A stretch of 20,000 nt of DNA from Catajapyx aquilonaris (taxonomy: Eukaryota): contig JYFJ02001715.1 in assembly GCA_000934665.2 (NCBI GenBank), positions 52,531 through 72,530 of the forward strand, read 5' to 3'. Both the position numbers and the translations under genes were made by a program. Below, piece by piece: positions 18,838-20,000 of this stretch. Position 1 is the first letter of the stretch. The number at the start of each line of letters is the position of its first letter. The notes under the pieces are model-generated. The model had not been told where the DNA came from, did not search any database, and worked only from the letters and a program-made list of their open reading frames with translations.

Positions 18838-20000
18838 TTAAGGAAGAAAAGGGTATGTTCTGCCAGATGTAAGTCGATAATAATGAGCCATTTCCACCAA
18901 CAGCACCAGAAAACAACCCAACAGGCCCAGAAGCCACATATTGAAAATGGCCCCCAACTTGTCCATTGTCATCACTTCATCTCGAATGTATGTCTTGGCA
19001 GCGATCTCTTCCGCCTCTAGGATCCTCCTCAGGTTGCGGAGGAATTTCTTGTACTTCTCTTGCTTGATAGCGATGTCAAAAAAATTGTTTTCCACAGTCA
19101 GGGCAACAATTTTTCTGAGCATGTGAGACAACTGCGTTTGGCCCTTCGAAGAACCGGCAAAGGAATAACCAGAGAATCTATCGTCTTGGAGGTACTGGAG
19201 GTTCATGGTCCCATCACTGCTCGTGTGAAGATATGTTTCGAGGTCCAGAAGGATGTTCACGCCAAGGCAGACAACATTATCTTTTTGAGTTTTATGCAAG
19301 CAGTTCTGCGTAGTACCCCCCATTTCCATATGCTTACACATTTGAACCGTAATTGGATCTTGAGCAATTTTTACATAGTTACTTATAACGAGGAAGTTCA
19401 ATACATCCGCTTCCAATCTCCAATTAGACTGAATCACTTCTTCTGCAGTTGTTGGAACAAACTCCTTTGGGGGCCAGGTCAGGAAGGACACTAGTTTCGC
19501 CTTGTAACCTGTGGTTATCACGGTGATAAACATAAACATACATGCAGTGAAGGTGATTGAAAAATGGAGTCCTGTTATATTCATATGCTGCTCCATCAGA
19601 GTTCGCAAAATAAGACCAACTGATTGAGAAATTGACAGAGATCGCTTCGATGTGTGCCTCCATTTGGATATAAAATATGAGGATATAAACAATGTGAACA
19701 AGATTATAACAATCATCACCCAAACCAGGAGAGTATAAGGCATGATGATCACCTTCCAGGTTACAATTCTTCTAGGGATTCTTGTCAGACCCGTTGGCCG
19801 AATATGTAAGCCTGGGGAATGTTAATGACTGAGTAGGATTCCTCAGAAGGGAGAATGACTGGCAGGGCATCAGACTTGTTCTGCACCAGACTACCCACCA
19901 ACCTGTTGTAGTACGATACTAATCGGACTGTTTCCAGCACTGGTGATCTCGTGGGATTTCCCCCCTCACCGAGGCCGGCCAGTGGGGCGCTCGGGATGTT
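18838..20000 (-). CDS. Divergent ionotropic receptor (IR, iGluR-related chemoreceptor); 5' end outside the window; apparent frameshift, so possibly a pseudogene
   Basis: The ORF 18838-19752 shows IR topology: pre-M1/M1 (WKVIIMPYTLLVWVMIVIILFTLF), pore (LILRTLMEQ), M2 (FITVITTGYKAKLVSFLTWPP, equivalent to YTANLAAFLT), S2 and M3 (MTMDKLGAIFNMWLLGLLGCFLVLLVEM). Upstream S1-like residues (YNRLVGSLVQNKSDALPVILPSEESYSVINIPQAYIF) lie in a different frame. No intron is needed within the ORF. Confidence 0.85.

Noticed and set aside
1..20000. A novel multi-gene biological system
   Set aside because: Only two unrelated eukaryotic genes plus repeats are supported. No functional link between AGGF1 and the IR can be shown from sequence.

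Overview
This is eukaryotic, very probably arthropod, genomic DNA: it has spliceosomal introns of 52-58 nt, tRNA-derived SINEs and a divergent ionotropic receptor. Two protein-coding loci are supported, both on the minus strand. (1) A complete AGGF1 orthologue (coiled coil-OCRE-FHA-G-patch, about 667 aa) that I assembled by hand from 8 coding exons between 14900 and 9470. One intron inside the FHA domain has to be GC-AG. (2) The 3' part of a divergent ionotropic chemoreceptor (IR) at 18838 to >20000, with an apparent frameshift near 19790-19820. The first ~9 kb is repeat-derived: ~30-bp and 32-bp minisatellites, a MITE containing a SINE, two SINE families and foldback elements. I see no prokaryotic, CRISPR or defence-type system. 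The most unusual signals are an RFX X-box-rich foldback just upstream of the AGGF1 start, SINEs with the same body but different tails, nested insertions, DRE-rich arrays and an intronic hairpin. All family assignments come from motif recognition, not database searches.
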